Shown here piece by piece: positions 8,134 through 19,700 of a stretch of 64,000 bases of DNA. Under the pieces are notes generated by a model. The model was not told the DNA's origin. It saw only the letters and a list, made by a program, of their open reading frames with translations, and made no database searches. Within the stretch, counting starts at the first letter, position 1. Every line of letters starts with the position of its first letter. The translations under genes were made by a program, and so were the position numbers. Source of the stretch: a virus; IMG/VR virus record IMGVR_UViG_3300009164_000047, positions 1 through 64,000 of that record; one strand, given 5' to 3'.

Positions 8134-10206
8134 TTATTCTACGTCTACCGCTGTGCTATATGTAGTAAAGCCGTTTTCTTTGACTACTTTTAAGACACTG
8201 GGCACACGCCCTGCTAGTTCTTCACGGTGAGAAACAAGCCAAATAGACTTATGTCGTCTACGTGACATGTCCTTAAGAATAGCAATAGCGTTTTCAACAC
8301 CCATTGTGTCTAGCCCACTGTCAATCAATTCATCAATGAATAGTGTATTGATAGGTGAATACAAGTTCTCCCAAACATCACGGAATGCAAAACTCAAGCC
8401 TAGAATTAGTCGATTACGCTCACCGCGACTTAAGTTATCAAAGTCAAGTTCACGGCCCAATTCAGTAATTTCAACCGTTAAATCATTCTGAAATACTACT
8501 TGATGCGGCAATCCAATCTTATCTAAGTAATGTGTTAAACGACTATTCAAGTACGACAAGTTTTGGTCAATAATTTTCTTACGAACAAAACTGTCTTTGC
8601 TAGTTAGAATATCTAATAGAAACTTCTGATGTTCCATAGTCTTTGTTAGTTTATTGATAGCATCAAAGTCAATTGCTTGCAACGCATTTGATTCCATTTC
8701 AACTACTTGTTCAGCATATGGATCAGTCTCTGCTGCCTTACTCTCAATATTCTGCAACAACCCAGATACTTTACTACGATGTTCAATTGCTTGAGTTTCA
8801 GTATCATAATGAGTAACTGGCATGGGACCTACTTCAACTGATGTAAGTTCTGTTAGTTGTTCAGCATATGGATCAACTTCTTTTTCTTTTTCAAGTATCT
8901 TTGTGCGAATGTTTTCTGCATCACTACCATGACGGATTGCTTCAGCTTCTGTTTTATAATGTGTCTTTGGCTTGTCACCTAACACAACGTCTTTGTCGTT
9001 TAATTCTTTTATTTGATTAACTAAAGAGGCAACATGATTTTGTGCATCTGCAAGCATCTTTTCTTTATCTTCTAAGACTTTTGTATGTTGCTCATCATGG
9101 AAATCTTGCCCACAGGCATAGCATTGATGTGCTAATAATTTTATAATTTCAACGTTTAGCTTATCTATTAGTTTTTTTTCTTTGTCAATGTCTTTGTTTA
9201 GCCGAGCAATATCTTTATCTCGGTCTTCAATTTCTTTTGACTTAATACTATATTCAGCTAATGATCTATGTGCTAGAATTTCTTGAACAATATCAATCCT
9301 AGATAACTTCTCACCGCTAGCCAGTAAATCATTGATATCCTTGTCTTGTTTTTGTTTCCACGCAGTTTGGCGAGCCAACAATGAATCACGTGTATCTTTT
9401 TGTTTTTTCTTGACATTATAAATGGCTAAGTCTTTGTGTGCCAATAACTCTTTATCAATGTCAATCTGTCCTAATTCATCATATTGTGCAACTAGGTAAG
9501 CTAAGTCACTATCATGTTTCTTTTGCCAAAGTCCTTGTCTTCGGATCAAACTTTCAATCTGTTCTTTAATACGCTTGTTGGCTTCTTCAATAGCTTTGAC
9601 TTTATATTCTTCGCTTTGTATTCCGTCTTTAGTTTCTTTTAACAATACTTTGATTGTTTCTGCTTTTTCGGATAATAAAGTAATACCCAACAACTGTTCA
9701 ATGATTTCACGTTGTTCGTTTGATTTTAATGCTAGGAACGGCTCACTATATGTATTCAATGCAACAATATGACGGAACATACTACTAGACATACATAGTA
9801 CTTTTTCAATTGCTACTTGTGTTTCTTTGTTCTCGCCCTGTGCATCATCCGTACCTTTTTGTAAATCATTGTTTACATAAAATCGTAATAGATTTGGCTT
9901 ACGACCACGCTCAATCTTATAGTCAATGCCACCAACACTGAATTCAAGTGTAACTAACATACCCTTTCCATTTGTACGATTAACTAAATTATCTTTTCTG
10001 ATTGAGTTAATGGGCACACCGAATAATGCATAGCTTAGACCCTGAATAAGACTAGTCTTACCTGTACCATTACGAGCACCGTCACCACCCAAGTCTAAGT
10101 TCTCACCTAGAATAAGTGTTAAGTCTTGGCGGTTAAAGTCAACTGCTTGTGTGACTTGTCCGATTGATAGAAAGTTCCGTAATGTAATGTTCTTTAATAA
10201 TATCAT
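8134..10206 (-). CDS. Recombination ATPase gp46 / SbcC / Rad50
   Basis: Walker A NGTGKT, central CYAC zinc hook, signature LSRGE, Walker B FIDELID, H-loop VSH. Confidence 0.95.
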   Translation of the reverse strand: MILLKNITLRNFLSIGQVTQAVDFNRQDLTLILGENLDLGGDGARNGTGKTSLIQGLSYALFGVPINSIRKDNLVNRTNGKGMLVTLEFSVGGIDYKIERGRKPNLLRFYVNNDLQKGTDDAQGENKETQVAIEKVLCMSSSMFRHIVALNTYSEPFLALKSNEQREIIEQLLGITLLSEKAETIKVLLKETKDGIQSEEYKVKAIEEANKRIKEQIESLIRRQGLWQKKHDSDLAYLVAQYDELGQIDIDKELLAHKDLAIYNVKKKQKDTRDSLLARQTAWKQKQDKDINDLLASGEKLSRIDIVQEILAHRSLAEYSIKSKEIEDRDKDIARLNKDIDKEKKLIDKLNVEIIKLLAHQCYACGQDFHDEQHTKVLEDKEKMLADAQNHVASLVNQIKELNDKDVVLGDKPKTHYKTEAEAIRHGSDAENIRTKILEKEKEVDPYAEQLTELTSVEVGPMPVTHYDTETQAIEHRSKVSGLLQNIESKAAETDPYAEQVVEMESNALQAIDFDAINKLTKTMEHQKFLLDILTSKDSFVRKKIIDQNLSYLNSRLTHYLDKIGLPHQVVFQNDLTVEITELGRELDFDNLSRGERNRLILGLSFAFRDVWENLYSPINTLFIDELIDSGLDTMGVENAIAILKDMSRRRHKSIWLVSHREELAGRVPSVLKVVKENGFTTYSTAVDVE

Positions 10207-10424
10207 TTTAATTTTCTAAAAAAACTATCTTTGGATGATTTCTCTTCCCTCAATGTTCGTTCTATTATACCTTCTAATTTCAGCTTAACTTTAATCAAAC
10301 TTTTTTGTTCACGCAAACTACCTATATAGGAATGAGTATGAGTTAATTCAGATAAAGCAATACCCAAATGCTTGTTTACTTTAATCAATGATTCTAATTC
10401 TCTAACTTCTCTGGGTATCTTCAT
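10203..10424 (-). CDS. Small basic hypothetical protein between gp47 and gp46
   Basis: 73 aa with ATGA-type overlaps to both neighbours, indicating translational coupling. Confidence 0.7.
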   Translation of the reverse strand: MKIPREVRELESLIKVNKHLGIALSELTHTHSYIGSLREQKSLIKVKLKLEGIIERTLREEKSSKDSFFRKLK

Positions 10425-11434
10425 AGGTTATTGTAAATCTCTAATAGGATTCGTTTGTCAAATGTATTTGATTCAATGCCGTTAATCTGGTCAATGACGA
10501 TTTGATCTACACTTTCAAACTTAAGACCATCAAAGCCTTGATTTTCTGTCTGTTCGACCTTCATAGGTATCAATGTCATTTCACGTAGTTTATGTTCTGG
10601 TATCATGGTTTCACGTATGAAATTTGCCTCTTCATAGCTAATATCAATGTCAAGATGTACTCTAACATGACTATCAATTAATAGCAACCCCTCAGGGTTT
10701 TCTAAGATATCGCTGAGTTTGTGTACTCTAAATATGGGTTGTCTTGGCCAGCTATGAAATACTGGTTCAACCCCCCATTCTAATATCATCATACCACGTG
10801 CATCATCACCTGCATCAGCATAGTTATGTGGGAAAGCATTACCGATATACCAAATATTTTTCTTTGCTTGTCGTTTATGAAAATGCCCACTGAATACTGT
10901 ATCAAAGCCAGTAAAATGTTCACTACTAATCTCACCGTGATCGGGCATCTCTACCATAGCATTCATAAAGAAACTTGGTAATTCAAAATGACCAAACATA
11001 TATTTGCCAGATAACTTTTGTACTTTCTTATAATCATCTTGTACAAGCCAGGGCGCAATAACAACATCACCCCGACTGAACCAATCGTTAACGATTGTCA
11101 CGTTAGGTAAATGCCTAGCCCATTCAACGCTGTGAATATCTCGCTTGTCTCTATAGTAAAGGTCGTGATTGCCGGGTATAAAGAATACTTGGTCAAATGA
11201 AGCACTTAATTTCTCAAGTGCTTGTAGACCAAAAGTTAACGTATGAATATTAATACTAGCACGGTGATGGTTATAATCACCCAAGAAGAAACAGGTTTCA
11301 CAACCCTCTTCTTTTGCTTTTTTAATAAACCAGTCTACGAAATTAGCACAGTCTTGGTTGTGCTGTAAACTGTTGCTCTTAAGGCCGAAATGGATATCGG
11401 TAAATACTGCGGCTTTTTTGAAAAGGTTAGTCAT
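10421..11434 (-). CDS. Recombination nuclease gp47 / SbcD / Mre11
   Basis: Metallophosphoesterase motifs DIHFG, LGD, GNHD, GHFE, SGHFH. Confidence 0.95.
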   Translation of the reverse strand: MTNLFKKAAVFTDIHFGLKSNSLQHNQDCANFVDWFIKKAKEEGCETCFFLGDYNHHRASINIHTLTFGLQALEKLSASFDQVFFIPGNHDLYYRDKRDIHSVEWARHLPNVTIVNDWFSRGDVVIAPWLVQDDYKKVQKLSGKYMFGHFELPSFFMNAMVEMPDHGEISSEHFTGFDTVFSGHFHKRQAKKNIWYIGNAFPHNYADAGDDARGMMILEWGVEPVFHSWPRQPIFRVHKLSDILENPEGLLLIDSHVRVHLDIDISYEEANFIRETMIPEHKLREMTLIPMKVEQTENQGFDGLKFESVDQIVIDQINGIESNTFDKRILLEIYNNL

Positions 11435-11440
11435 CTCTTA

Positions 11441-11469
11441 ATTATATAGGAGTTGGTGCTACAAAGCAA
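11441..11469 (-). promoter_or_regulatory. Sigma70-type promoter for gp47 (TTGCTT-17-TATAAT), probably leaderless
   Basis: -35 at 11469-11464, -10 at 11446-11441, then 6 nt to ATG 11434. Overlaps the inverted repeat GTTGGTG/CACCAAC. Confidence 0.65.
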
Positions 11470-11484
11470 CACCAACGGTTAAAA

Positions 11485-12390
11485 TTATTCTTCGTAAACA
11501 GTAGAACTAGTTCCAAGACCCTGGCGTGACCAGCTTGGATTAAGCCCATTCATCTCTAAAATATCATCACGTATATTTTGATTTCGTTTTTCGGAATTTA
11601 ATACACGACAAAAACTATTAGTAATAGCCGCAGTGTAATAAGCGAATGGGTTAGCAGATTTGGCTTCATTGAAACGTAAGCCAACATATGTAAGTTGTAG
11701 AATAGCCGAGTTACGCATCTCATCGTTGTATGTGTACCCGCGCCAATTAAATTTCATTGCATATTTTTCACATAGCATGATGTACATACGGGCAAGTTTA
11801 TTAGTAATGTTTCCTTGATCCTTACCAAACTCACCATTTTCTAAATCACCTTTCCAATGACTCTTTCCGATAACTTTAAAAGTATTTGTACTATCTAAAC
11901 GATAGTGCTGAAAGGGCGGGAAGTTGACTTTGACATGTACCATGTCGTCAACTTCTTTAGCGGTAGTAGGATCTTCTAAATCAGCAAAAATTTCGTCCGC
12001 ATCACCCTCAAATTCAAAGATATCTTTAGCAGTTTTCTTTTTATCTACCTTGCGAGGTTGTTTGGGTGCGACCGGAATATGATCCCAAGTCATTACACGA
12101 AATACTAAGTCTGTTGTAGGAATAGACATTGGGTCAGTCGTACCCTTAGTAAGCCCTTGTTCAATGTCTAGCCTCTCAGCCCTAGTTTCACGTGCTAACT
12201 GAATGTTCTCTGGTTTGTATGCGTATTCTAGGCTTTGAGGAATACTAGACTGGGGCATATCCACAATAAAATCATATCTATGATCCGCTTCTGCTAGAAA
12301 TGTGCAATATGAGTTTTTGCTACTGTGAATCTCTTTTAAAATGTCCTTGTTATTTAAATAATTTACGGGTTTTTTTGTTATGATTGTCAT
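11485..12390 (-). CDS. Late-transcription sigma factor, T4 gp55-like
   Basis: NYLNNKDIL N-terminus; NWRGYTYNDEM...RFNEAKSANPFAYYT. The order 55-47-46 matches T4. ATG 12390 is preferred because the longer TTG start lies inside the promoter. Confidence 0.9.
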   Translation of the reverse strand: MTIITKKPVNYLNNKDILKEIHSSKNSYCTFLAEADHRYDFIVDMPQSSIPQSLEYAYKPENIQLARETRAERLDIEQGLTKGTTDPMSIPTTDLVFRVMTWDHIPVAPKQPRKVDKKKTAKDIFEFEGDADEIFADLEDPTTAKEVDDMVHVKVNFPPFQHYRLDSTNTFKVIGKSHWKGDLENGEFGKDQGNITNKLARMYIMLCEKYAMKFNWRGYTYNDEMRNSAILQLTYVGLRFNEAKSANPFAYYTAAITNSFCRVLNSEKRNQNIRDDILEMNGLNPSWSRQGLGTSSTVYEE

Positions 12391-12415
12391 AAGTGGTTGA
12401 AGTTTCCTTGATAGT

Positions 12416-12444
12416 ATTATATCAGGTTTGTAGTCAAAAAGCAA
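12416..12444 (-). promoter_or_regulatory. Sigma70-type promoter for gp55 (TTGCTT-17-TATAAT)
   Basis: Same -35/-10 hexamers and spacing as the promoter at 11441-11469. Confidence 0.65.
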
Positions 12445-12487
12445 CTATTTTTATTAATAAAAGGTAAAAATAGCACTTTTTAGTAGC

Positions 12488-12495
12488 GATAAATA
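12488..12495 (+). promoter_or_regulatory. Late promoter core GATAAATA for the baseplate operon
   Basis: NATAAATA recurs in intergenic gaps before structural genes (5908, 12488, 20445, 39927, 40700, 42978, 51102, 55476). Confidence 0.7.
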
Positions 12496-12515
12496 TATTT
12501 AGCAAAGGTTTAATC

Positions 12516-13712
12516 ATGGCATATTCTATCGCACCACCTGTTGATCCGGGACAAGAAGCACTAGCACAAACACAGGCTAGCGTTCTCAATGCAGTAACCA
12601 CTAATCCAGTGTCAGTTCCTGCGCCTATATCAGACACTGCGGCAAAGATTGGCATATTTTCTACCCCGACATACCCCGAACCTCCTATTGTTTCAACTCC
12701 AGCAAATCCAGGAACACCGGCGGCGGGTATTGCATTTAATCAAGGAGGGCTAGGATCCAGAGCAACCACTGAGGTACCTGGATTAACTACAGAACAGCTA
12801 GCACCCGGTGATACTGCTAGTGTTAATAATTTAAGTTCAGGGTATTATCAAGCAGGGGCTACTAGTGCAAGCACTGCTACTAATAACACTCCGATAATTC
12901 CAGCAACTCCTGCTAGTACTGATTGGAGAGTTAAACTAACATTAGCCGATAGTGCTTATTTCTTCTACATGGATCCTGAACCGGGAATTCTTGCACCATT
13001 AAAAGAAACTAAGGGCGTGATTTTTCCATACACACCTAGCATTAATATGAGTTATGCTGCCAACTATGATCCCATTGACATTACACATAACAATTATAAA
13101 ATCTTTCAATACAAGAATAGTAATGTTGGCGATATCTCAATTACTGCTGAATTTACAGCACAAGACACGGCTGAAGCAAATTATCTATTAGCAGTAATTC
13201 ACTTCTTTAGATCCGCTACAAAAATGTTTTATGGTCAAGATACTAATCCGCCTAACGGAACTCCCCCGCCAATGTTATACTTAAGTGGTTACGGCCAGTT
13301 TCAATTTGATAAACATCCGGTAGTTATATCAAGTTTTAGCTATCAACTACCACAAGACGTAGACTACATCAAAGCCGGAGTACTATCAAGTCAGAAACCA
13401 AATGCGGCACCGGGTAAAACAGAAGATACCCCTGCACCCCCGCAAAATATATTTCAGAAAGCAAAATCATTTCTTAGTTCAATGTTAAGACTAGAAGGTT
13501 CTAATTTGAATAAAGGTGCAGTTGTTAACAACCCTAAATTCAAATCAAATCAAATAGCAACACCCACATATGTTCCTACTAAAATTAGTCTTACAATAAC
13601 ATTATTACCAATGGTATCACGTGGAGATATGAGTAAACGTTTCAATTTAAAAGACTACGCAAATGGAAAATTATACAGTGGTACTGCTTCAAAACATAAA
13701 GGAATTTGGTAA
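12516..13712 (+). CDS. Baseplate/tail-tube initiator-like protein (gp48/gp54-like)
   Basis: GVIFPYTPSI, ISITAEFTAQ, PPPMLYLSGYG..PVVISSFSY tube-fold-like motifs; first gene before the gp53-like ORF. Pro/Ala-rich N-terminus. Confidence 0.6.
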   Translation: MAYSIAPPVDPGQEALAQTQASVLNAVTTNPVSVPAPISDTAAKIGIFSTPTYPEPPIVSTPANPGTPAAGIAFNQGGLGSRATTEVPGLTTEQLAPGDTASVNNLSSGYYQAGATSASTATNNTPIIPATPASTDWRVKLTLADSAYFFYMDPEPGILAPLKETKGVIFPYTPSINMSYAANYDPIDITHNNYKIFQYKNSNVGDISITAEFTAQDTAEANYLLAVIHFFRSATKMFYGQDTNPPNGTPPPMLYLSGYGQFQFDKHPVVISSFSYQLPQDVDYIKAGVLSSQKPNAAPGKTEDTPAPPQNIFQKAKSFLSSMLRLEGSNLNKGAVVNNPKFKSNQIATPTYVPTKISLTITLLPMVSRGDMSKRFNLKDYANGKLYSGTASKHKGIW

Positions 13713-14014
13713 TGGCTTTATATAATGCAAACAGTCCTTACTACAACACGGATGTTGTTAACGGACAATTCTTAGACATAATGATTGATAGGCCTATCGT
13801 TAAAGATCCATTAGACATATACTGGCAAATCACACAAACCTATTCAATGCGACCCGACTTACTTGCATATGACTTATATAATGATGGCGGGTTGTGGTGG
13901 GTGTTTGCACAACGCAATCCAAATCGTATTAAAGATCCGTTGTTTGATTTTGTCGCTGGTACGTATATTTTTCTGCCACAATTAACAAATTTAAAAACTG
14001 CGTTAGGACTATAA
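13712..14014 (+). CDS. Baseplate wedge LysM-like protein, T4 gp53-like
   Basis: RPDLLAYDLY...LWWVFAQRN. TAATG overlap gives ATG at 13712. Confidence 0.85.
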   Translation: MALYNANSPYYNTDVVNGQFLDIMIDRPIVKDPLDIYWQITQTYSMRPDLLAYDLYNDGGLWWVFAQRNPNRIKDPLFDFVAGTYIFLPQLTNLKTALGL

Positions 14015-14015
14015 G

Positions 14016-16754
14016 ATGGCTGCACAAGACTCAGTAAGTCAATTCAGACAATTTAGTGACAATTTAAAAAGTACAACCGCCGGATTTCAAAGCGAATTTG
14101 ACGCCATAGATCCTAAATCACCTAATGCTGTTGAACAATATACTGCGTTAAAAGAGAAAAGAGATTCTTTTGCTCAAACATATAATGCACAAAAAGATAG
14201 TATGCAGTTAAATGCAGTAAATGCAGTGAATGCAATGTCACCTAGTCCAGAGAATACTGCATTGATGGCGGAAATAAAAAGTATACAGGCGGATTTAAAG
14301 ACTAATACTGATGAAGCATTATCAATAAAAGAAAAAATAAATGTTGCAGTAACCACAGCTAAAGCCGACGCCGCAAAAGCAGCAGATGAAAAGGCAAAAG
14401 AAGCAGAGGCTAATGCACCCCAAGACAAATTACCACCGAGCGCCGGTGACGATGCTGCCAAAACTACTACCCCCGAAAATAATAAAACTGCGGGAGATGT
14501 TGATGTAAAATCAACATCAAATAATACATCACAAAAGGCAGCACCCGGAGCAAGACCACACAATCCATTATCAATGTTTAGTAGCTATACATATCATATC
14601 ACATTGTATATGATTACTCCTTATTCATATAATAAATTTATTGAACAAGGTAATAAAGGTATATCTCCTAAAGATATGTTTGTTGTTGCCGAATCAGGCG
14701 GTACAAATGTAAATGGTAAAAATCAGCGGCTATTTGATTTAGATTTTTATATTGACGACTTTAGCTTTCAAACTTATTTGAGTACAAATACAACCAAAGG
14801 TGCAAGTGTTGACTCACTGTCGTTTAGTTTTAAAATTTATGAACCTTTTGGGTTTAGTTTTATGTCTGCATTGAAAGCCGCAGCCTTAAAGGTAGTAGGT
14901 AAGAGTGATTTGCCTGGACATGATAAAGCAAAGCATCATTTGCAACAATTATACATGATTGGCATCAAGTTTTATGGGTATGATGCTGACGGTAATTTAG
15001 TAACAGATGATACGACAAATCAACTTATACCAAATACGGATAATGGTAGTTCAAATGATAAGTTTGCAGACAACGGGGTATTTGCTAGATACTTTCCTAT
15101 TAACATTACTGAAATGCAATTTAAATTAGATGGTAAGGCAACTGTTTATAACTTTAAAGCAATTAATGTATCAATTAATACAGGTACCGGTGTTAAACAT
15201 AATCAAATTAAAACGAGTCAGAGCCTGACAGGTAAAACAGTTGAAGAATTACTATCTACCGGCGATAACAGTTTAGAAAAATTGTTGAATAAAATACAAG
15301 AAGACCTATTAAAGTCAGAAGCTATTGCTATTAAAAATATATTTAAAATAAAATTTAAAAATAGTGAAACTGGAAAAATAAAAGATTCAATATTGACTAC
15401 TGGAAACGCATCCGATAGAAATAAATCAACAATGAGCGGGAATGCAAAAGTTACAGATTCATCTAAAGCAAATGATAAGACAGCACAATCTGCTAAACCA
15501 GATAACAATACTCGCACATTTGAAATTCCCGCAGGAACATCTATTACACAAGTAATAGAAAGAGTTATTGCACAAAGCTCATATATTACTGATGCACTAA
15601 GTGCAAAAGGCAATGAAGATATGTCAAATTGGAGCGATGAGGCAAAGGCGATTGATAGAACAAGACTTCAGTGGTTTGTAATTACCCCAATTTGTAAAAT
15701 GCTAGCGTTTGATCCTATTGTAAATGATTTTGCATATGAAATTACGTACCTGATTAACGAATATAAAATTCCAAAAGTTAGGTCGGCTTATGTATCTGAA
15801 CCAACACCCTATTACGGGGCACACAAAATTTATGAATATTGGTTTACTGGTAAGAACAGTGAAGTAATAAGTTACGAACAAAAATACAATGGTTTATTCT
15901 ATATGGATGCATTGGACAATCCTGAACCAGGGAAACCCTTTCCTAACTCAAGCGGTCTGACTATACCAATCAAACCTGGCTCAAAACAAAATGCAGATGA
16001 TTCTGGGTTGTTTGATAAAGCCGGGCAAGTTATAGCAAGTGTACGTACCAGTTTGTATAGTGCAGGAGATCAAGCAATGGCAACTATACAAATATTAGGT
16101 GATCCTGATTTTATTTGCACTACTGTAGGAATGAATTATGGAGTATATGACGAATACTATGGACCTGATAAGTCAGTCGATCCACACGCTGGTCAAGTTT
16201 TTATACAAATTGTATTCAATGAGGGTGTTGATTATGACCACGACCAGGGTTTAATGAATATTAAAACTAATATACAGTTATATGATTATCCTAAGTATCT
16301 TAAGGACACAAAAGGTATAATTTATTCTGCTACCGATGTTGTATCTACTTTTTCAAAAGGTAGATTCACACAAGAATTGCATTTAGTAATGTATAGTCCT
16401 CCGGCAGATCCTCCCGATACTAAAGCTGAAAATACTAGAGAAACTGATTCATTAGCATCACGATATCCTGCACCAAAAGGATTAACTTCGGATGAAGCAG
16501 CCAAGAGTAGTGAACCTAAAACCCAACCTGCATCAGCTATCGGTGGTTCACAATCTTATTCTGCTGATTTGAATTCAACCAACAACAGTATGTTAAATGC
16601 AATGACAGGTGGCAGAGTTAAAGTTGCAAGTGAAACAAATTTATCTAGCACAAACATTCAGAATTCAGTTCAAGGTCCCAATGATGATAACCCTGGTGTA
16701 ACAGTGACAACAAATGTAAAATCTGAAGGTAGACCTAGATTATATGGAACATAA
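14016..16754 (+). CDS. Baseplate hub protein (gp27-like)
   Basis: Lies between gp53-like and gp5-like genes. Motifs IQILGDPDFI and VVSTFSKGRFTQELHL are typical of hub C-termini. Confidence 0.6.
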   Translation: MAAQDSVSQFRQFSDNLKSTTAGFQSEFDAIDPKSPNAVEQYTALKEKRDSFAQTYNAQKDSMQLNAVNAVNAMSPSPENTALMAEIKSIQADLKTNTDEALSIKEKINVAVTTAKADAAKAADEKAKEAEANAPQDKLPPSAGDDAAKTTTPENNKTAGDVDVKSTSNNTSQKAAPGARPHNPLSMFSSYTYHITLYMITPYSYNKFIEQGNKGISPKDMFVVAESGGTNVNGKNQRLFDLDFYIDDFSFQTYLSTNTTKGASVDSLSFSFKIYEPFGFSFMSALKAAALKVVGKSDLPGHDKAKHHLQQLYMIGIKFYGYDADGNLVTDDTTNQLIPNTDNGSSNDKFADNGVFARYFPINITEMQFKLDGKATVYNFKAINVSINTGTGVKHNQIKTSQSLTGKTVEELLSTGDNSLEKLLNKIQEDLLKSEAIAIKNIFKIKFKNSETGKIKDSILTTGNASDRNKSTMSGNAKVTDSSKANDKTAQSAKPDNNTRTFEIPAGTSITQVIERVIAQSSYITDALSAKGNEDMSNWSDEAKAIDRTRLQWFVITPICKMLAFDPIVNDFAYEITYLINEYKIPKVRSAYVSEPTPYYGAHKIYEYWFTGKNSEVISYEQKYNGLFYMDALDNPEPGKPFPNSSGLTIPIKPGSKQNADDSGLFDKAGQVIASVRTSLYSAGDQAMATIQILGDPDFICTTVGMNYGVYDEYYGPDKSVDPHAGQVFIQIVFNEGVDYDHDQGLMNIKTNIQLYDYPKYLKDTKGIIYSATDVVSTFSKGRFTQELHLVMYSPPADPPDTKAENTRETDSLASRYPAPKGLTSDEAAKSSEPKTQPASAIGGSQSYSADLNSTNNSMLNAMTGGRVKVASETNLSSTNIQNSVQGPNDDNPGVTVTTNVKSEGRPRLYGT

Positions 16755-16757
16755 CAA

Positions 16758-19700
16758 ATGAGTGAAAATGTAACTAAAGTATCAGGCACAACAGCAGCCA
16801 ATAAACCAGACGCCGGTGGTAAGATAAGTGTTAACTATCCGGTTAAGGGTTTAGTTAAAAATACAATTGACGCTAATCGATCAGGTAGAATTCAAGTATA
16901 CGTAGCTGATTTTGGTGGTACTGAAGATGACGATAAAAGTTGGACGACAGTTCAGTATATGAGTCCTTTCTTTGGAATGACTCCGGGTGATAATGCTCCT
17001 GGAAGTAACAATGACGGCACATTTAAAACCAATCATCACAGTTATGGGCTTTGGGCTACACCACCTGATATAGGTAGTGAGGTCATTTGTATTTTCTTAA
17101 ACGGTAAGAAAGATTTTGGATACTACATAGGTGGTATACCAAAAACAGGATCGCATCATATGGTTCCTGGTATAGGTTCTTCTACCAAGATAACTGCTAG
17201 CGAAAATGAAGCAGACAGTTACGGTGGTGCAACTGTATTGCCGGTAGTTGAGTGGAATGATATTGGTAAAGAAAAGGTAAGCGATTTTATTGAAGTACCG
17301 AGGCCAGTTCATAGCGCACTTGCTGGGCAACTACATCAACAAGGATTATTGCGTGATCCGATTAGAGGAGCAATATCAAGTTCTAGTATGCGTGAATCAC
17401 CGTCACGTGTATTTGGTATATCTACTCCCGGAAGACCTATTTATAAAGGTGGGTTAGGTGATGGATCAAATGATACTGCTATTGCTCAAGGGTTGTCAGG
17501 TGAGTCTGATTCAAAATTAAAGATTACTTCACGTAGAGGTGGACATAGTTTTGTAATGGATGACGGTGACGTTCAAGGACAAAATCAATTAGTAAGATTA
17601 CGCACAAGTTCTGGTCATCAAATTACTATGAGTGATGATGGACAAACATTGTTTATAGTACATGCTAGTGGACAAAGTTATGTTGAGTTGGGCAAAGAAG
17701 GTACAGTTGACATATATGCAATGAATAGTTTTAATGTTCGTTCACAGGGTGACATTAATCTTCATGCAGATAATAATGTTAATATACATGCTGAAAAGAA
17801 ATTAAACATTTATTCAGAAGAAATCAATATACAAAGTGATAAGAAAACTAATTTAAGAGTAGGAGATGATTTTACTCAGCATACAGTTGGCAATAATACA
17901 CTTAAAGTTGACAAGGGTATGAGTGCAAAATCAAGCGATGCCGCAAGTTTTGTATCAGGATCAGCTACCTACATTAATGGTAGTGTAGTAAATTTAAATT
18001 CCGGTTCATCATCATTAAACCCAGAAAAAATAAAATCATACAATAAAACAACGCACATTGATACACTATTTGATAGTGTAAAAGGTTGGATAGCAACACC
18101 GGGTAAATTATCTAGTATCGTTAATCGTGCACCGGCGCATTCGCCGTGGGTAAATTCTAACATGGGTGTGGACGTTGAAATTAAAACATCGGCAGATGAT
18201 GCATTGCCTAAACCAGCCCCTAAAGCAGTTCAAGCAGTAAATAACTCAGCACCAGACTCACCTAAGAATCCTACAACACCTCCAGTTGTTGCAACAGTTC
18301 CACCTGCACAACCAGTAGGTAATATGGATAAGAGTACAACACAGTCAGTTGTTTCTCAACAAGCAGTATCAGCAGCAACAAATCCAGCAACAACAACTGC
18401 TGTGGCAAACGGATCAGGTGTAGTAGATTTAAATGGAACAAAACAAGCAGTGCTTGGTAAACTAGCGCAGACACCTGCTCAACTAGAACAAGCCGGAGTA
18501 CTTAAGCCCGGCAGTGCCGCACTAGCAGATTCTTTGGTAGCAAAAGGTAAATCACTAAATGAAGCATTACCAAGCAATTTGTTTACTGGTCAAGGTGGTG
18601 TTAATAGTGTATCTGATTTTGTAAACAATCCCGGTGCACAAGTAGGAACTGCATCTACACTAATGCAACAAGGGTATAATGGATTAAAATCTGCCGGAGT
18701 TATTAATGGTAATGAAAGTGCAGGAAGTATTAGTGGCTTGGTATCAAGTGCGGCAACAAATGGCGTGGCTGCAACTACTGCGTTTGTAAAAGGTGTAGGT
18801 GGTAATCTACCTAGCACATCAGGTTCTGGTGCAATAAACCCACTAAGTGGAGTAGGATCAAAAGTTGGTGCAAGTATAAGTGAGGGTAACTTTGCCGCAT
18901 CTATGGGACAAAAATCAGCAGGGTCATTGGGAGATTCAATTAAAGCAGGAGTGACTTCAGCAGTAGATAGTGCAAAGTCAGCAGCCGCAAAAGGATTCGA
19001 TGCAGTTAAATCAGTATTCAAAAAATTAGAAGCTAATAAACCAGTCAATCTAACAGTAGCGGCATCAGAAAGCGATCCAAGCTATAAACCACCCGCGTCT
19101 ATTAAAGAAGCCGCTACTGCATTAAAAGATAAATTAAGTGGGTCTCCGGATTTAAAAACAATGGCAGCCTCAGTTAGCCCTTCTTCAGGTAGTCCCTTAG
19201 CCGGCATAAAATCTGCAATCCCTTCTGCTAGTTCATTGCTACCTTCATCAAGTTCAACTACTGCCGGCGTTGCATCTATGACAGCCGCAGCTTCAAAATT
19301 AGGTATAACTATTCCGGGAGCATCTGACATTGCTGGCTTAACCGATAACTTAAAATCATTGCCTAGTGGTGCCCCCGATTTGTCGTCACTTACTGGATTA
19401 CCTAAACCAACTTCATTGCCAAGTACCTTACCTCAGAATCCATTAGCAGGAGTTAATACTAAGCCGAAAATACCAACCGGAACAACTGCCGCTAGTGTGG
19501 TACCTCCTGGAATGGGATTGGGTGCATTTAAAGACGGACTAGCATCACTTGGATCATTTGTAAACAAAGCAAACGCAGGAACGTCTAAACCTAACTTAGA
19601 TGCAATACCAAAAGGCGGAGAAGGGTCTACGATATTACCTACATTTGCAGTAGATACAATAGATAGAACAAGCATGAATTCTGCGGCTGCTTCATTGTTG

